From: Oceanispirochaeta sp.
GTDB taxonomy: Bacteria > Spirochaetota > Spirochaetia > DSM-2461
NCBI GenBank assembly: GCA_963666275.2
Contig: CAXXOA010000001.1
Coordinates: forward strand, 1,184,001 to 1,248,000
Reading direction: 5' to 3'
DNA: 64,000 nucleotides
Position 1 is the first letter of the stretch; each line of letters opens with the position of its first letter. The translations under genes were made by a program, and so were the position numbers. Below are positions 41,139 through 50,770 of the stretch, in pieces. The notes under the pieces are model-generated. The model was not told the origin of the DNA. It saw nothing but the letters and a program-made list of their open reading frames with translations, and searched no databases.

Positions 41139-41282
41139 CTATTGTGCTGATAATGTCTGGGTTAACTATAGAGGAAGGTGTGGAAAAATGTAAAGGGGGG
41201 GGGACTGAATTATTTTGAAGCATCAGCTGCATAAAACCTGTTAAATATTCTGTATTAACTTTATATTTAAGGAAGATATAGT

Positions 41283-41636
41283 ATGGGAGAACCGCAGGTG
41301 GATCAGAATCAGCTGGAACAGATTGGTGCTTATGTGAAAGACCATATCGGTCAATGGATAGAGGAAAAAAATATTATCCCTTTTACTAAAGCAGCCAATT
41401 TTGGAGATCCTCGTCTGCTGGAACGGATGGTAGCAGTGGAACAGCAGCTGAAGTTTCAGAATGAGAAAATTGAATTGCTGATTCAGCAGTCAGACAGGCG
41501 ATTTACTGATTTGCAGTTATATATGGAAAAGCGATTTGAAGCAAATGAAAAAAAGTTGACCAAGTTAACCTGGATTATCGGTGTAGGATTTTCTCTTCTG
41601 ACTGTGGTTATGTCATTGTACAGGTTTCTCGGGTAG
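41283..41636 (+). CDS. Hypothetical coiled-coil protein with C-terminal TM
   Basis: DRRF/EKRF repeats followed by a hydrophobic C-terminus. Confidence 0.75.
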   Translation: MGEPQVDQNQLEQIGAYVKDHIGQWIEEKNIIPFTKAANFGDPRLLERMVAVEQQLKFQNEKIELLIQQSDRRFTDLQLYMEKRFEANEKKLTKLTWIIGVGFSLLTVVMSLYRFLG

Positions 41637-41676
41637 GATTGTTTAAACCTGCCCATTACAGATCAAATAAAGCAAA

Positions 41677-41835
41677 TTGACAAACAGGCTGTTGGAAAGT
41701 AAAATATTCTTAATCTGATTTTTACGGGAGTTGCCCACCCGGCCCCTTTGTTAAAGCGGCGCTGGAACTGAATAAAACCAAAATAACAACAACTCAATTA
41801 CCTACTGCAGGTGAGTTGTATGTGTTGGTTTTTTC
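41677..41835 (+). promoter_or_regulatory. Promoter plus candidate attenuator leader of the methyltransferase
   Basis: TTGACA-17-TAAAAT; GC-rich uORF-like stretch ending TGA at 41771; long hairpin AAAACCAA..ACAACTCA/TGAGTTGT..TTGGTTTT with T run. Confidence 0.55.
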
Positions 41836-41910
41836 AGAAAATTCCGATTTCCTATCTATAATTTTTACCAGCACAAACAGCTTGCCTCTGAAAATCATTT
41901 GGAGGACAGA

Positions 41911-42732
41911 ATGAATTTGAATGAAGGGCAACTTTCAGAACTGGATCAATTCTTTGATCTGATACTGCATGGACAGTCCAGACATAAGGGCAAAGAAGCG
42001 CCCGACAGAGCCTGTAAAAGGAATCAAATACTTGATTATATTGAAATTATAGACGCTCATATACGGAAACTCTCCCGGAAAAGAACTCTCACTTTTATTG
42101 ATTTTGCCGCAGGAAATTGCTATCTCAGTTTTTTGACAGCCTGGTACTATAATAATGTTGATAAACGGCCTGTGGAAATTTTCTGTATTGATAGGGATGA
42201 ACGGCTTCTGGATAACTGTAGCAGAAAAGCCGTCCGGATGGGTTTCAATAATATGGAATTTCATGGCTGCGATATCCTTGATTTTTCCTATACAGGAAAA
42301 GTGGATATCAGTTTTTCACTCCACGCCTGCGATACGGCAACAGATAAAGCGATCTATCAGGGATTGAGGCTTGCTTCTCCCTGTATCTTATCGGTTTCCT
42401 GCTGCCAGCATTCTCTTAAAAAACAGTTTAAAACCCGGGAAGAAGCTGGATGGTCCGGCTTCCGTGCTATGAAAGACCGTCTGCTCTATATGACAGCGGA
42501 TACAATGAGAGGGAGGCTCCTGGAAATGGAACAATACAATGTGGATCTGTTTGATTTCACATCCAGCCGGAATACGGATAAGAACCTCATGATCAGGGCC
42601 CGGCGGGAAGGATCATCAGGAAACAGTGATACAGCCCGGTTACGGTATGATGCTTTAAAGAAGGAGTTTTCAATAGAACCGGAACTGGCTTGTTTAATGA
42701 AAAGTAAAACATCTCTGCTAAAGGCTTGCTAG
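41911..42732 (+). CDS. SAM-dependent methyltransferase (Methyltransf_32-like)
   Basis: DFAAGNCYLSF, SLHACDTATD, SCC.H, T.KNLMI; GGAGG SD. Confidence 0.88.
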   Translation: MNLNEGQLSELDQFFDLILHGQSRHKGKEAPDRACKRNQILDYIEIIDAHIRKLSRKRTLTFIDFAAGNCYLSFLTAWYYNNVDKRPVEIFCIDRDERLLDNCSRKAVRMGFNNMEFHGCDILDFSYTGKVDISFSLHACDTATDKAIYQGLRLASPCILSVSCCQHSLKKQFKTREEAGWSGFRAMKDRLLYMTADTMRGRLLEMEQYNVDLFDFTSSRNTDKNLMIRARREGSSGNSDTARLRYDALKKEFSIEPELACLMKSKTSLLKAC

Positions 42733-42863
42733 ATATGATGGTAATGCCGGAATAAAATAAAAACAGGAGATATTCGTTGTGAAAAAAATACTATCAGATT
42801 AAATGATTTTTCTGTATTAAAGAAAAATATTGACAGATCTCGTTTCACTAATTATCATAATTA

Positions 42864-42877
42864 TCGAAACGTTTCGA
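42864..42877. promoter_or_regulatory. LacI-family operator 1
   Basis: Perfect palindrome TCGAAACGTTTCGA with central CG, just downstream of the TTGACA(42830) promoter. Confidence 0.8.
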
Positions 42878-42898
42878 ATTTTTTTATCCGGAGTTGTA

Positions 42899-43906
42899 AT
42901 GGTTACTATCAAAGACATCGCTAAACGAGCTCAGGTTTCGATCTCAACTGTATCCCTGGCATTGAATGGCGATCCAAGAGTGAAGGAGTCAACCCAGAAA
43001 AGAATTCTCAGTATTGCAGAAGAGATGCACTATCATCCGAATCATGCTGCAAAAAGTCTTCCCAGCGGAAGAACCTGGTCCATAAGCGTTATCAACCCGA
43101 CTAACAGCCCTGCTTTATCAAGCGGTTTTTACAGTCAGTTTCTCCATGGGGTACATACTGTAGCCAAAGACAGGCATTATTCTGTCTCATTATCTTTGAT
43201 CGATGATGATCATGAATCATTGGTACGTATGATGGATGAGCACAGAACAGATGGTTTAATCATTATGAACCCTTCTTTCAGTATCTCTATTTTAGATCAG
43301 ATCCGCAGCAGAAATATCCCCTATGTCCTTCTTGGAAGCGTCTCTAATGAAACGCATCTCAGTGTCGATTCGGATAATTTTTCTATCGGTTATGATGCTG
43401 CTACAGTTCTTTTAAAGGAAAAGCGATCGAGAATCCTGTTTCTCAGTGGTCCCAGCAATCTTATTTTTTCACAGGATAGACTACAGGGGTATAAAAAAGC
43501 CCATGAAGAGTTCCAATGCCCTGTAGATAGCAGACTTTTCCAGTTCTGTGATGGATTTTCAAAATCTGCATTAACACTGGTCAGTGATATTTTGGAGAAA
43601 AGAGATATGGCATTTGATGGCATCATTGCTATGAGCGATGCTCTGGCAATTGGGGCAATGGCTGCTATCCGACGGAAGGGAATACGGATCCCGGATGAAA
43701 TGGGAATTATAGGCATCAACAACGATGATATTTCAGAATTTACAGAACCCCCTTTATCATCAGTGGATCTGAATGCCTATAAGCTGGGAGAAAATGCGGC
43801 ATCTATGCTTTTAAAATGTGTTGAAAGTTTAAAGAACGGAGAAGACATAGGCAAAGAAAGAATTGTGGTTCCTCATACTGTCATTTTCAGGGGTACAACA
43901 TTCTGA
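42899..43906 (+). CDS. LacI-family transcriptional regulator
   Basis: TIKDIAKRAQVS.STVS, Y.PN..A, D..A.G, P.LSSV. Confidence 0.95.
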   Translation: MVTIKDIAKRAQVSISTVSLALNGDPRVKESTQKRILSIAEEMHYHPNHAAKSLPSGRTWSISVINPTNSPALSSGFYSQFLHGVHTVAKDRHYSVSLSLIDDDHESLVRMMDEHRTDGLIIMNPSFSISILDQIRSRNIPYVLLGSVSNETHLSVDSDNFSIGYDAATVLLKEKRSRILFLSGPSNLIFSQDRLQGYKKAHEEFQCPVDSRLFQFCDGFSKSALTLVSDILEKRDMAFDGIIAMSDALAIGAMAAIRRKGIRIPDEMGIIGINNDDISEFTEPPLSSVDLNAYKLGENAASMLLKCVESLKNGEDIGKERIVVPHTVIFRGTTF

Positions 43907-43937
43907 TTTCTTGAACTTTAAAAAATTTGGATAAAAA

Positions 43938-43951
43938 TTAAAACGTTTCGA
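43938..43951. promoter_or_regulatory. LacI-family operator 2
   Basis: TTAAAACGTTTCGA, 12/14 match to operator 1, upstream of the sugar ABC operon. Confidence 0.7.
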
Positions 43952-44117
43952 TTTAGGTGTTTATTATTTACTGCGCGGTGAATATAGGAAAATGATCAAA
44001 AGATGGAGGGTAGAGGAATACGGTTTTAATGGAAATCTATTATTGAGCAGATTTGAGTTTGCTTATCTCAAAAGAGAATAGACTCGGATCTGAATTAATC
44101 TTAAAAGGAGTAATTAG

Positions 44118-45386
44118 ATGAATAGTGTGAAAAAATTTATATCTTTATTTTTCGTATTATGCTGCATTACCGGATTTGCTTCAGCTTCAGGAGCTCAGGA
44201 GCAATCTGAAAATGGTGTTGTAGAATTGACATTCAGGCAAAATGATCCAGTGGGTGAAGTCGGTGGATTATTGGAGGCCATTGATTCATTCAATGAAATG
44301 CATCCCGAAATACACGTTACCTATGAGCAGGTTCCCTGGGACGATGCTTTAAATCAATTTATCAGGGAAGGACACGCCGGGGGCGGTGCGGATGTTATTC
44401 AGACAGCTTTTGTATGGACGAAAGATCTTGCAGATGCCGGCCTGGTAATGAATCTTGACAATTTTATCAGTGCAAATCCTCCCGGTATCGGGATTGAAGA
44501 TTTTATCGGTACAGATTTAGGCATTATTAAGGAATCCGTCTATGGAATCCCCTGGTCTGTGGATACTTATAGTATGGCCTATAATCCTGAACTTTTTCAG
44601 CAAGCGGGAATTCAGGAATTTCCCGCAACCTGGGAGGAAATGTACGAAGTCGCCAGAGATATAAGTGAAAAAACTGGATCCTTCGGTTTAGCTTTCCCGG
44701 GAGATACATGGTTCGCATTCAATTACTATTTGTGGAGTAATGGTTCTACTCTCCTGCAGCAGGACTCTTCAGGAAACTGGAGTGTTTCGGTATCAGAATC
44801 GGAACTGTCCGAGGCTATAGACTATTTTGCTGAATTTTTTGCTGAGAATATAAATCCAAAAACCCTGATCGGGGCAACAACATGGGGTGATATCGAAATT
44901 CTGGATGGATTGTCAAAAGGAGAGATTGCCATGGCATTCCTTCCTCCCGCACCTTTCAGAGTCGCCCAGGATAAGTCAGAATTCATTCTGCAGACAGCAA
45001 TGATACCTTCCGGTTCAGTGCGGCGTGTTTCCCATCTGGGCGGAAGGGCTATTGTAATGAATAAGAATACGGATCACCCGGATGAAGCATGGGAGTTGAT
45101 AAAGTTTCTTGTCAGCGAAAAAGTATTCAATGATTTCAAATACCCGCAGTTTCCAGCTCAGGTCAGTATGCTGGATAAGCTCGAATACAATACAGGGGAA
45201 GATGGTTATGCGAAACAATTGCCCTTCGCCATAACCCTCAAACAGTATATCGAATCACCTGCTCCTGTCAGTGGAATGGAACATGCTGTAAACAGTGCAT
45301 TGACTTCCGTCTACAGCGGTGAGAAAGACTCTTCGGAAGCTGCATCCAATATGGTCAGATCTCTGGAAGAGTTGCTGGAAAATTAA
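44118..45386 (+). CDS. Carbohydrate ABC substrate-binding protein
   Basis: Signal peptide ending ASGAQE, YGIP, YN.ELF..AG, P.TWEE, AWELIKFL. Confidence 0.9.
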   Translation: MNSVKKFISLFFVLCCITGFASASGAQEQSENGVVELTFRQNDPVGEVGGLLEAIDSFNEMHPEIHVTYEQVPWDDALNQFIREGHAGGGADVIQTAFVWTKDLADAGLVMNLDNFISANPPGIGIEDFIGTDLGIIKESVYGIPWSVDTYSMAYNPELFQQAGIQEFPATWEEMYEVARDISEKTGSFGLAFPGDTWFAFNYYLWSNGSTLLQQDSSGNWSVSVSESELSEAIDYFAEFFAENINPKTLIGATTWGDIEILDGLSKGEIAMAFLPPAPFRVAQDKSEFILQTAMIPSGSVRRVSHLGGRAIVMNKNTDHPDEAWELIKFLVSEKVFNDFKYPQFPAQVSMLDKLEYNTGEDGYAKQLPFAITLKQYIESPAPVSGMEHAVNSALTSVYSGEKDSSEAASNMVRSLEELLEN

Positions 45387-45394
45387 GTCATTTC

Positions 45395-45436
45395 AGGATT
45401 TTGTCTCTGTACTAATCAACGCAGAGACAAAATCCT
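45395..45436 (+). terminator. Intercistronic stem-loop after SBP gene
   Basis: aggattttgtctctgt / gcagagacaaaatcct 16-bp stem. Confidence 0.65.
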
Positions 45437-45462
45437 CCGTAATTTCAATTTGAGGATTGTTT

Positions 45463-46353
45463 GTGAAACAAAAACATTTATTTCTTTTATTGCCGGGATT
45501 TACAATTCTTATTTTCTTTTTTCTCATTCCTTCGATATACAATATCTGGATCAGTTTTTTTGACCTTGATTTATTTAAATTTTCAAGTAAAGGGAATTTT
45601 GTCGGAATAGAGAATTTTAAAAAGATGGTGGAAAATCCGGATATTTTTAAAGTTTTATTCAATACATTTTTCTGGCTGACTTTTGTAACAGTCGCTTTAC
45701 GAATAGTGCTGGGCCTTGTTATTGCTCTGCTCATCAATTCTGATTCTCTGAAACGCCTGAAACTGGCCACTATCGTGCGTTGCTGTTTACTTCTGCCCTG
45801 GGTTACTCCCCCGATTGTTGCCGTTGCAACCTGGAAATGGATTCTCCATCCCCGTTTCGGTTCAATAACGCATCTATTATTGAAAATTGGGATTATTGAT
45901 GAGGGAATTCCCTTTTTTGTACAGACCTCGGTTGTATGGCTGGGCATAATTCTAATTATTATATGGCAGGAAATACCATTCGTCACAATTTCTATTCTTT
46001 CCGGTCTGCAGAGTATACCGCTGGAACTTTATGAATCGTCCAGAGTTGAAGGGGCGAATACGTTTCAGTCTTTCTGGCACATAACTCTGCCTCTTCTGAA
46101 ACCAGTTCTTTCTGTTGTGGGTTTATTGATCACAATATGGACATTCAACAATTTTATTTTTGTCTGGACATCCACACGGGGAGGGCCCGGATCATTTACC
46201 CAGGTGTTGGCAACAGAACTCTATACTCAGGCATTTATCAATTACAAGCTGAGTTACGGAGCTGCTATTGGCGTTTTCATGACAATGATAATGGTCGTCT
46301 TTTGCTTGGTATACTTTAAATCAATCTTGAATAAATCCATAGACGGAGAGTAA
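45463..46353 (+). CDS. Carbohydrate ABC permease
   Basis: FVGIENF, GLQSIP.ELYE...EGA (EAA loop). Confidence 0.92.
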   Translation: MKQKHLFLLLPGFTILIFFFLIPSIYNIWISFFDLDLFKFSSKGNFVGIENFKKMVENPDIFKVLFNTFFWLTFVTVALRIVLGLVIALLINSDSLKRLKLATIVRCCLLLPWVTPPIVAVATWKWILHPRFGSITHLLLKIGIIDEGIPFFVQTSVVWLGIILIIIWQEIPFVTISILSGLQSIPLELYESSRVEGANTFQSFWHITLPLLKPVLSVVGLLITIWTFNNFIFVWTSTRGGPGSFTQVLATELYTQAFINYKLSYGAAIGVFMTMIMVVFCLVYFKSILNKSIDGE

Positions 46354-46356
46354 AAG

Positions 46357-47211
46357 ATGGTAAGTTTAAGAAACAGAAAATTCAATTACTTGATTGTGGA
46401 TAGTATTATTCTCATCCTCGCAATTTGTGTTATTTTTTATCTTGTTTTTCCTTTCCTGTCTATTATTTTGACAGCCATAAGGCCGGAAGAAGATATATTT
46501 GCTAAAGAGTTCTCTCTCTTCTCTGACTCTTATTCTCTTGATAACTTCAGGAAAATCTTTTCAGGAAAGACGAACTTCACCCAATATATTCTCAATAGTA
46601 TTGTTGTCTCATTAATCGCAACGGTTATTAGTGTCTTTATATCCATGATGACTGCCTACGGATTAACAAGATTCAGATACAAAGGCAGAAGAATCATGAT
46701 AACAGGAGTCGCTTTTACCCAGCTTTTTCCATTTGTTGTTCTTATACTGCCCCTGTATCTTGTCTACTGGAAGATTGGATTTGTTAACAGTTTTTTCGGA
46801 CTCATTATAAGCTATATCGCCATAAGTCTTCCTTACAGTATCTTTCTTTTAATGGGGTATATCTCATCCATTCCCATTTCAATTGATGAAGCTGCCATCA
46901 TTGATGGGTGTAACAGGATGCAGACAATATTTAAAATCATATTCCCTGTAGCTCTGCCCGGAATCGCTGCTACCGCTGTCTTTTCCTTTCTGCGCTCCTG
47001 GAATGAATACCTCTTTGCCTTGACGCTGATGACTGATGATATGAAAAAAACTGTTCCTGTAGGTCTGGCAGGATTTTTCGGTGAATACACTGCTGACTGG
47101 GGAGCTATTATGGCCGCTTCTGTTGTTGCGACAATTCCGACAGTTATCTTCTTTTTTATTATGCAGAAACAGATTATTTCCGGATTATCCGCAGGTGCTG
47201 TCAAGCAATGA
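46357..47211 (+). CDS. Carbohydrate ABC permease
   Basis: IP.SIDEAAIIDG, WNEYLFA, GL.AGAVK. Confidence 0.92.
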   Translation: MVSLRNRKFNYLIVDSIILILAICVIFYLVFPFLSIILTAIRPEEDIFAKEFSLFSDSYSLDNFRKIFSGKTNFTQYILNSIVVSLIATVISVFISMMTAYGLTRFRYKGRRIMITGVAFTQLFPFVVLILPLYLVYWKIGFVNSFFGLIISYIAISLPYSIFLLMGYISSIPISIDEAAIIDGCNRMQTIFKIIFPVALPGIAATAVFSFLRSWNEYLFALTLMTDDMKKTVPVGLAGFFGEYTADWGAIMAASVVATIPTVIFFFIMQKQIISGLSAGAVKQ

Positions 47212-47239
47212 AAAATCAAATAATTGAAAAGGACTGAAA

Positions 47240-48577
47240 ATGGGAAAACCAAATTATATAGTGATTCTAACAGATGATCAGGGGTATGGAGATCTGTCCT
47301 GTATGGGCAGCCCGGATGTTGTCACTCCGTATTTTGATTCTCTTGCTGAGGATGGTGTCAGGTTTACTGACTGGTATGCCAATGCTCCAGTCTGTTCTCC
47401 TACAAGAGCATCGCTGCTTACAGGCCGGTATCCCGGCAATTGCGGTGTCCGTTCTATTGTCAGCGGACACAGGCATGCTACAGGGCTTAATCAGAAAGTT
47501 CCCACAATTGCTAAGGCTTTAAAAGAACTGGACTATAACACGGGCATTGTCGGGAAATGGCACCTGGGGGTGGATGAAACTTCCAGACCCAGTGAGCACG
47601 GTTTTGATTATTCCTTTACCTTTTTATCCGGCTGTATCGACTATTACTCCCATATCTTTTACTGGGGACAGAATCTCGGCGTCAATCCCAGGCATGATCT
47701 ATTCGAAAACAATAATGATGTCAATTATAATGGCGAATATGCAACTGATCTCATTACCAGGAAAGCTGTAAGTTACATACGGGAGAATGCCCGCAAAAGA
47801 GAGCCGTTCTTTCTGTATCTTGGCTATAATGCCCCTCATTATCCCATGCATGCACCGCAGGAATACATAGACAGGTTTTCTCATCTGCCACCGGACCGCA
47901 GAATCATGGCTGCCATGATCAGTGCTGTTGATGACGGCATTGGTGAAATCCGATCAGAACTGGAAAGGCAGGGAATAACAGAAGATACATGTATCTTTTT
48001 CCAGAGTGATAATGGGCCTTCAAGAGAGAGCCGAAACTGGCTGGACGGGAATGAAGACTTGTATTACGGGGGATCTACAGGACAATTGAAGGGGCATAAA
48101 TTCAGTTTATTTGAAGGAGGTATACGGGTTCCTTCAATCCTCTGCTGGCCCGGGAAAATTCAGGGAAATCAGGTCAATCATGAAGTTGGTTCCTCCATGG
48201 ATATTTTTCCCAGCTTTCTCGAAGCTGCAGGGGGAGATATCAGTCTGTATGAACTGGATGGAAAAAATATATTCCCCATGGTTATGAACGGGGAAGATTC
48301 TCCTCATGATAGGATTTTCTGGGAGATGCTGAATCAAACTGCTGTAAGACATGGGAAGTGGAAACTGGTTTTAAATGGACAGCTTGTTGAGGATGAACCT
48401 GCTGTTGATGACATTTTTTTATCAGATCTGGAAAATGATATAGGAGAAAAGCAGAATCTTAAAGACCAGTATCCCCATATAGCGGAAGAGCTGAAAGAGG
48501 CTGCAGAACTCTGGCGTTCGAATATTGAAAAACGATGGAAGGAAGAATGGATTCCTCTGGGAAGCTGTTTAACATAA
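47240..48577 (+). CDS. Formylglycine-dependent (Cys-type) sulfatase
   Basis: PN...I.TDDQGYGD, CSPTRASLLTG (CxPxR), GKWHLG, APHYP, SDNG, K..LFEGGIRVP. Confidence 0.95.
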   Translation: MGKPNYIVILTDDQGYGDLSCMGSPDVVTPYFDSLAEDGVRFTDWYANAPVCSPTRASLLTGRYPGNCGVRSIVSGHRHATGLNQKVPTIAKALKELDYNTGIVGKWHLGVDETSRPSEHGFDYSFTFLSGCIDYYSHIFYWGQNLGVNPRHDLFENNNDVNYNGEYATDLITRKAVSYIRENARKREPFFLYLGYNAPHYPMHAPQEYIDRFSHLPPDRRIMAAMISAVDDGIGEIRSELERQGITEDTCIFFQSDNGPSRESRNWLDGNEDLYYGGSTGQLKGHKFSLFEGGIRVPSILCWPGKIQGNQVNHEVGSSMDIFPSFLEAAGGDISLYELDGKNIFPMVMNGEDSPHDRIFWEMLNQTAVRHGKWKLVLNGQLVEDEPAVDDIFLSDLENDIGEKQNLKDQYPHIAEELKEAAELWRSNIEKRWKEEWIPLGSCLT

Positions 48578-48611
48578 TCCATATCTGTTCCACGGAATTT
48601 CAGGAAAACAT

Positions 48612-50717
48612 ATGCATAATAAGAAAGTAGAAAAGGTCCATCTGGTTTTTAAGAATCACCTGGATCTCGGCTTTACTGATACGGCTGAAAGGGTGAAACA
48701 GAAATATTTCACAGAGTTTATTCCCCAGGCTATTACAGAGAGCAGAAAATTAAGAAACACAGGGACTCCCTATCTATGGATAACTGGAGCATGGATTTTA
48801 TCAGAGTTTCTGGAAAATGGACCCCGGGAGTGGATAGACGACTGTATTGATTCCATCAGGAATGATGAACTCGGATGGCATGCTTTGCCTTTTACTTTTC
48901 ATTCTGAAGCCGCTGGTGTTGAAATTTTCAAAACAGGCATGGAGTTCAGTAGAGCAATGGATGCCCGTTTCGGAACTGAAACCACTTCCGGAAAACTTAC
49001 GGATGTTCCCGGACATACAATAGGTATCATTCCTCTACTGAGATCCTCTGGAGTCAAATTTCTCCATATAGGGATAAATGATGTCAGTCACCCTGTTGAT
49101 TTACCTTCGCTTTTCAGATGGAGGCATCACGATGGTAATGAGATTGTGGTCAATTATGAGCAGGGATATGGGAACATCACAGCTTCCCCAGATGAAAAAG
49201 AAATTCTTATCTTTTCCCATAAACATGACAATCTAGGACCGCCATCGGCGGAAGAGGTTTTAAAGGAATATGAAAGAGTTGGAAGATTGTATCCCCATGC
49301 CGCCATACAGGCTGCAAAGCTAAATTCTTTTGGCAATGCAGTCTGGGAACAGAGAGAAGAGCTACCTCTTATCACTGATGAAATGGGAGATACATGGATA
49401 CACGGTATAGGGTCAGATCCTTTGAAAATGGCACATTACAGGCAGTTCATCAGACAGATTCAAACTTGGGAGGATTTCTATAGCGATCCGGTGAAAAGGG
49501 ATGAAATTGAAAAAGCCAAAAGGATTCTCTGTCAAATTCCCGAACACACATGGGGAATGGATCAGAAAACCTATTTACCTGATTATTCAAATTTTGAAAA
49601 ATCCCTGTTTTCCCTGGCCAGGAAAGCTGATTTTATAAGCCTGGAAGAGATCCTGAAGGGAATTGATCTGTTTGTAAAACCAAAATTAACCAGAGATTTG
49701 CCCGGATTGAAAGAGGAGCTTTTTTCGTATTCCCGGTTTGAAAAATCCTGGTTGGAACAGAGAAAATATCTGTCTGAAGCAAAACGTGTTATCAATGATA
49801 GGGATTTAAGTCAGCAATTGAATGATTCTCTGTCGGAGATTGAACCAGACTGGCCGTCAACTTCCGGATGGGAAAAGTTTCATCCCGATTCCGTTCTGAA
49901 TATAGGTCACTGGGAATTTGAACTGGATATCGGGACTGGTTCTGTTTGTAATCTGAGGTATGAAGATACAATGATTTCAAACTCCGATTTCCTCCGTTAT
50001 GAATATCGAATCCACTCATTCAGGGAATACCAGAATTACTGGAATTCATATGTTCAGTCATCCGAAGAAAATGACTGGTGGGGTTATCAGGATTTTATGA
50101 AATGTGGACTGGAAGGGGTGAAGGGACATGAAAGTCAGTGTTATGTACCTGTAAAGCCGACGTTCTATCGTAGGCAGGGAATGGAAAAAGAAGAGATTCT
50201 TGTGGAATTAACAATGCCGGAGCAGTCACGTCACCGTTATGGTGCACCGGAAAATGTCCTGTTCCAATATGAGTTTTTCATTAAAACTGGAATTTTAAAA
50301 ATCCATTTTTACTGGAAGGACAAGGATGCTGTTCGAATCCCTGAATCATCGTGGCTGAGATTCTTCATACATACAAAGGATCAGAAGTCCTGGAAAATTG
50401 AAAAATTGGGAACGGAGATCTCTCCTTTTTCTGTTCATAAGTTCGGGAACCGTTCTTTACACTGCAGCAATTATATAAAGTATTCTCCGCCAGAAAGGGG
50501 GAATTCAAATAAAACTGAAGAACATCAGATAGTTTTGAGTTTACTCGATAGTCCTCTTGTTTCTCCCGGAGAGCCTAGAATCCTGTCTTTTGATCAGGAT
50601 CAGCCTGATCTCGATAAAGGATTTTCTGTCAATCTCCATAACAATCTTTGGAACACAAACTTTCCCATGTGGTATGAGGATGATTTAATTTCCCGGTTTG
50701 TACTGGAAGTCACTTAA
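48612..50717 (+). CDS. DUF5054 / GH38-like putative glycoside hydrolase
   Basis: FKNHLDLGFT, WHALPFT..SE, TDVPGHT, DN.GP, GDTWIHG, EHTWG.D.K, NLHNNLW.TNFPMW. Confidence 0.8.
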   Translation: MHNKKVEKVHLVFKNHLDLGFTDTAERVKQKYFTEFIPQAITESRKLRNTGTPYLWITGAWILSEFLENGPREWIDDCIDSIRNDELGWHALPFTFHSEAAGVEIFKTGMEFSRAMDARFGTETTSGKLTDVPGHTIGIIPLLRSSGVKFLHIGINDVSHPVDLPSLFRWRHHDGNEIVVNYEQGYGNITASPDEKEILIFSHKHDNLGPPSAEEVLKEYERVGRLYPHAAIQAAKLNSFGNAVWEQREELPLITDEMGDTWIHGIGSDPLKMAHYRQFIRQIQTWEDFYSDPVKRDEIEKAKRILCQIPEHTWGMDQKTYLPDYSNFEKSLFSLARKADFISLEEILKGIDLFVKPKLTRDLPGLKEELFSYSRFEKSWLEQRKYLSEAKRVINDRDLSQQLNDSLSEIEPDWPSTSGWEKFHPDSVLNIGHWEFELDIGTGSVCNLRYEDTMISNSDFLRYEYRIHSFREYQNYWNSYVQSSEENDWWGYQDFMKCGLEGVKGHESQCYVPVKPTFYRRQGMEKEEILVELTMPEQSRHRYGAPENVLFQYEFFIKTGILKIHFYWKDKDAVRIPESSWLRFFIHTKDQKSWKIEKLGTEISPFSVHKFGNRSLHCSNYIKYSPPERGNSNKTEEHQIVLSLLDSPLVSPGEPRILSFDQDQPDLDKGFSVNLHNNLWNTNFPMWYEDDLISRFVLEVT

Positions 50718-50733
50718 TAAAGATAAGAAATCA

Positions 50734-50766
50734 GCTGTCCGGTTATTTTGCAAAGAACCGGACAGC
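50734..50766. terminator. Hairpin between convergent DUF5054 and trpA
   Basis: gctgtccggtt / aaccggacagc 11-bp stem. Confidence 0.7.
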
Positions 50767-50770
50767 CAAT

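Noticed and set aside
41720..41775. Known riboswitch (SAM, SAH, yybP-ykoY, fluoride) upstream of the methyltransferase
   Set aside because: Could not match the consensus cores by eye; kept only as an unclassified leader.
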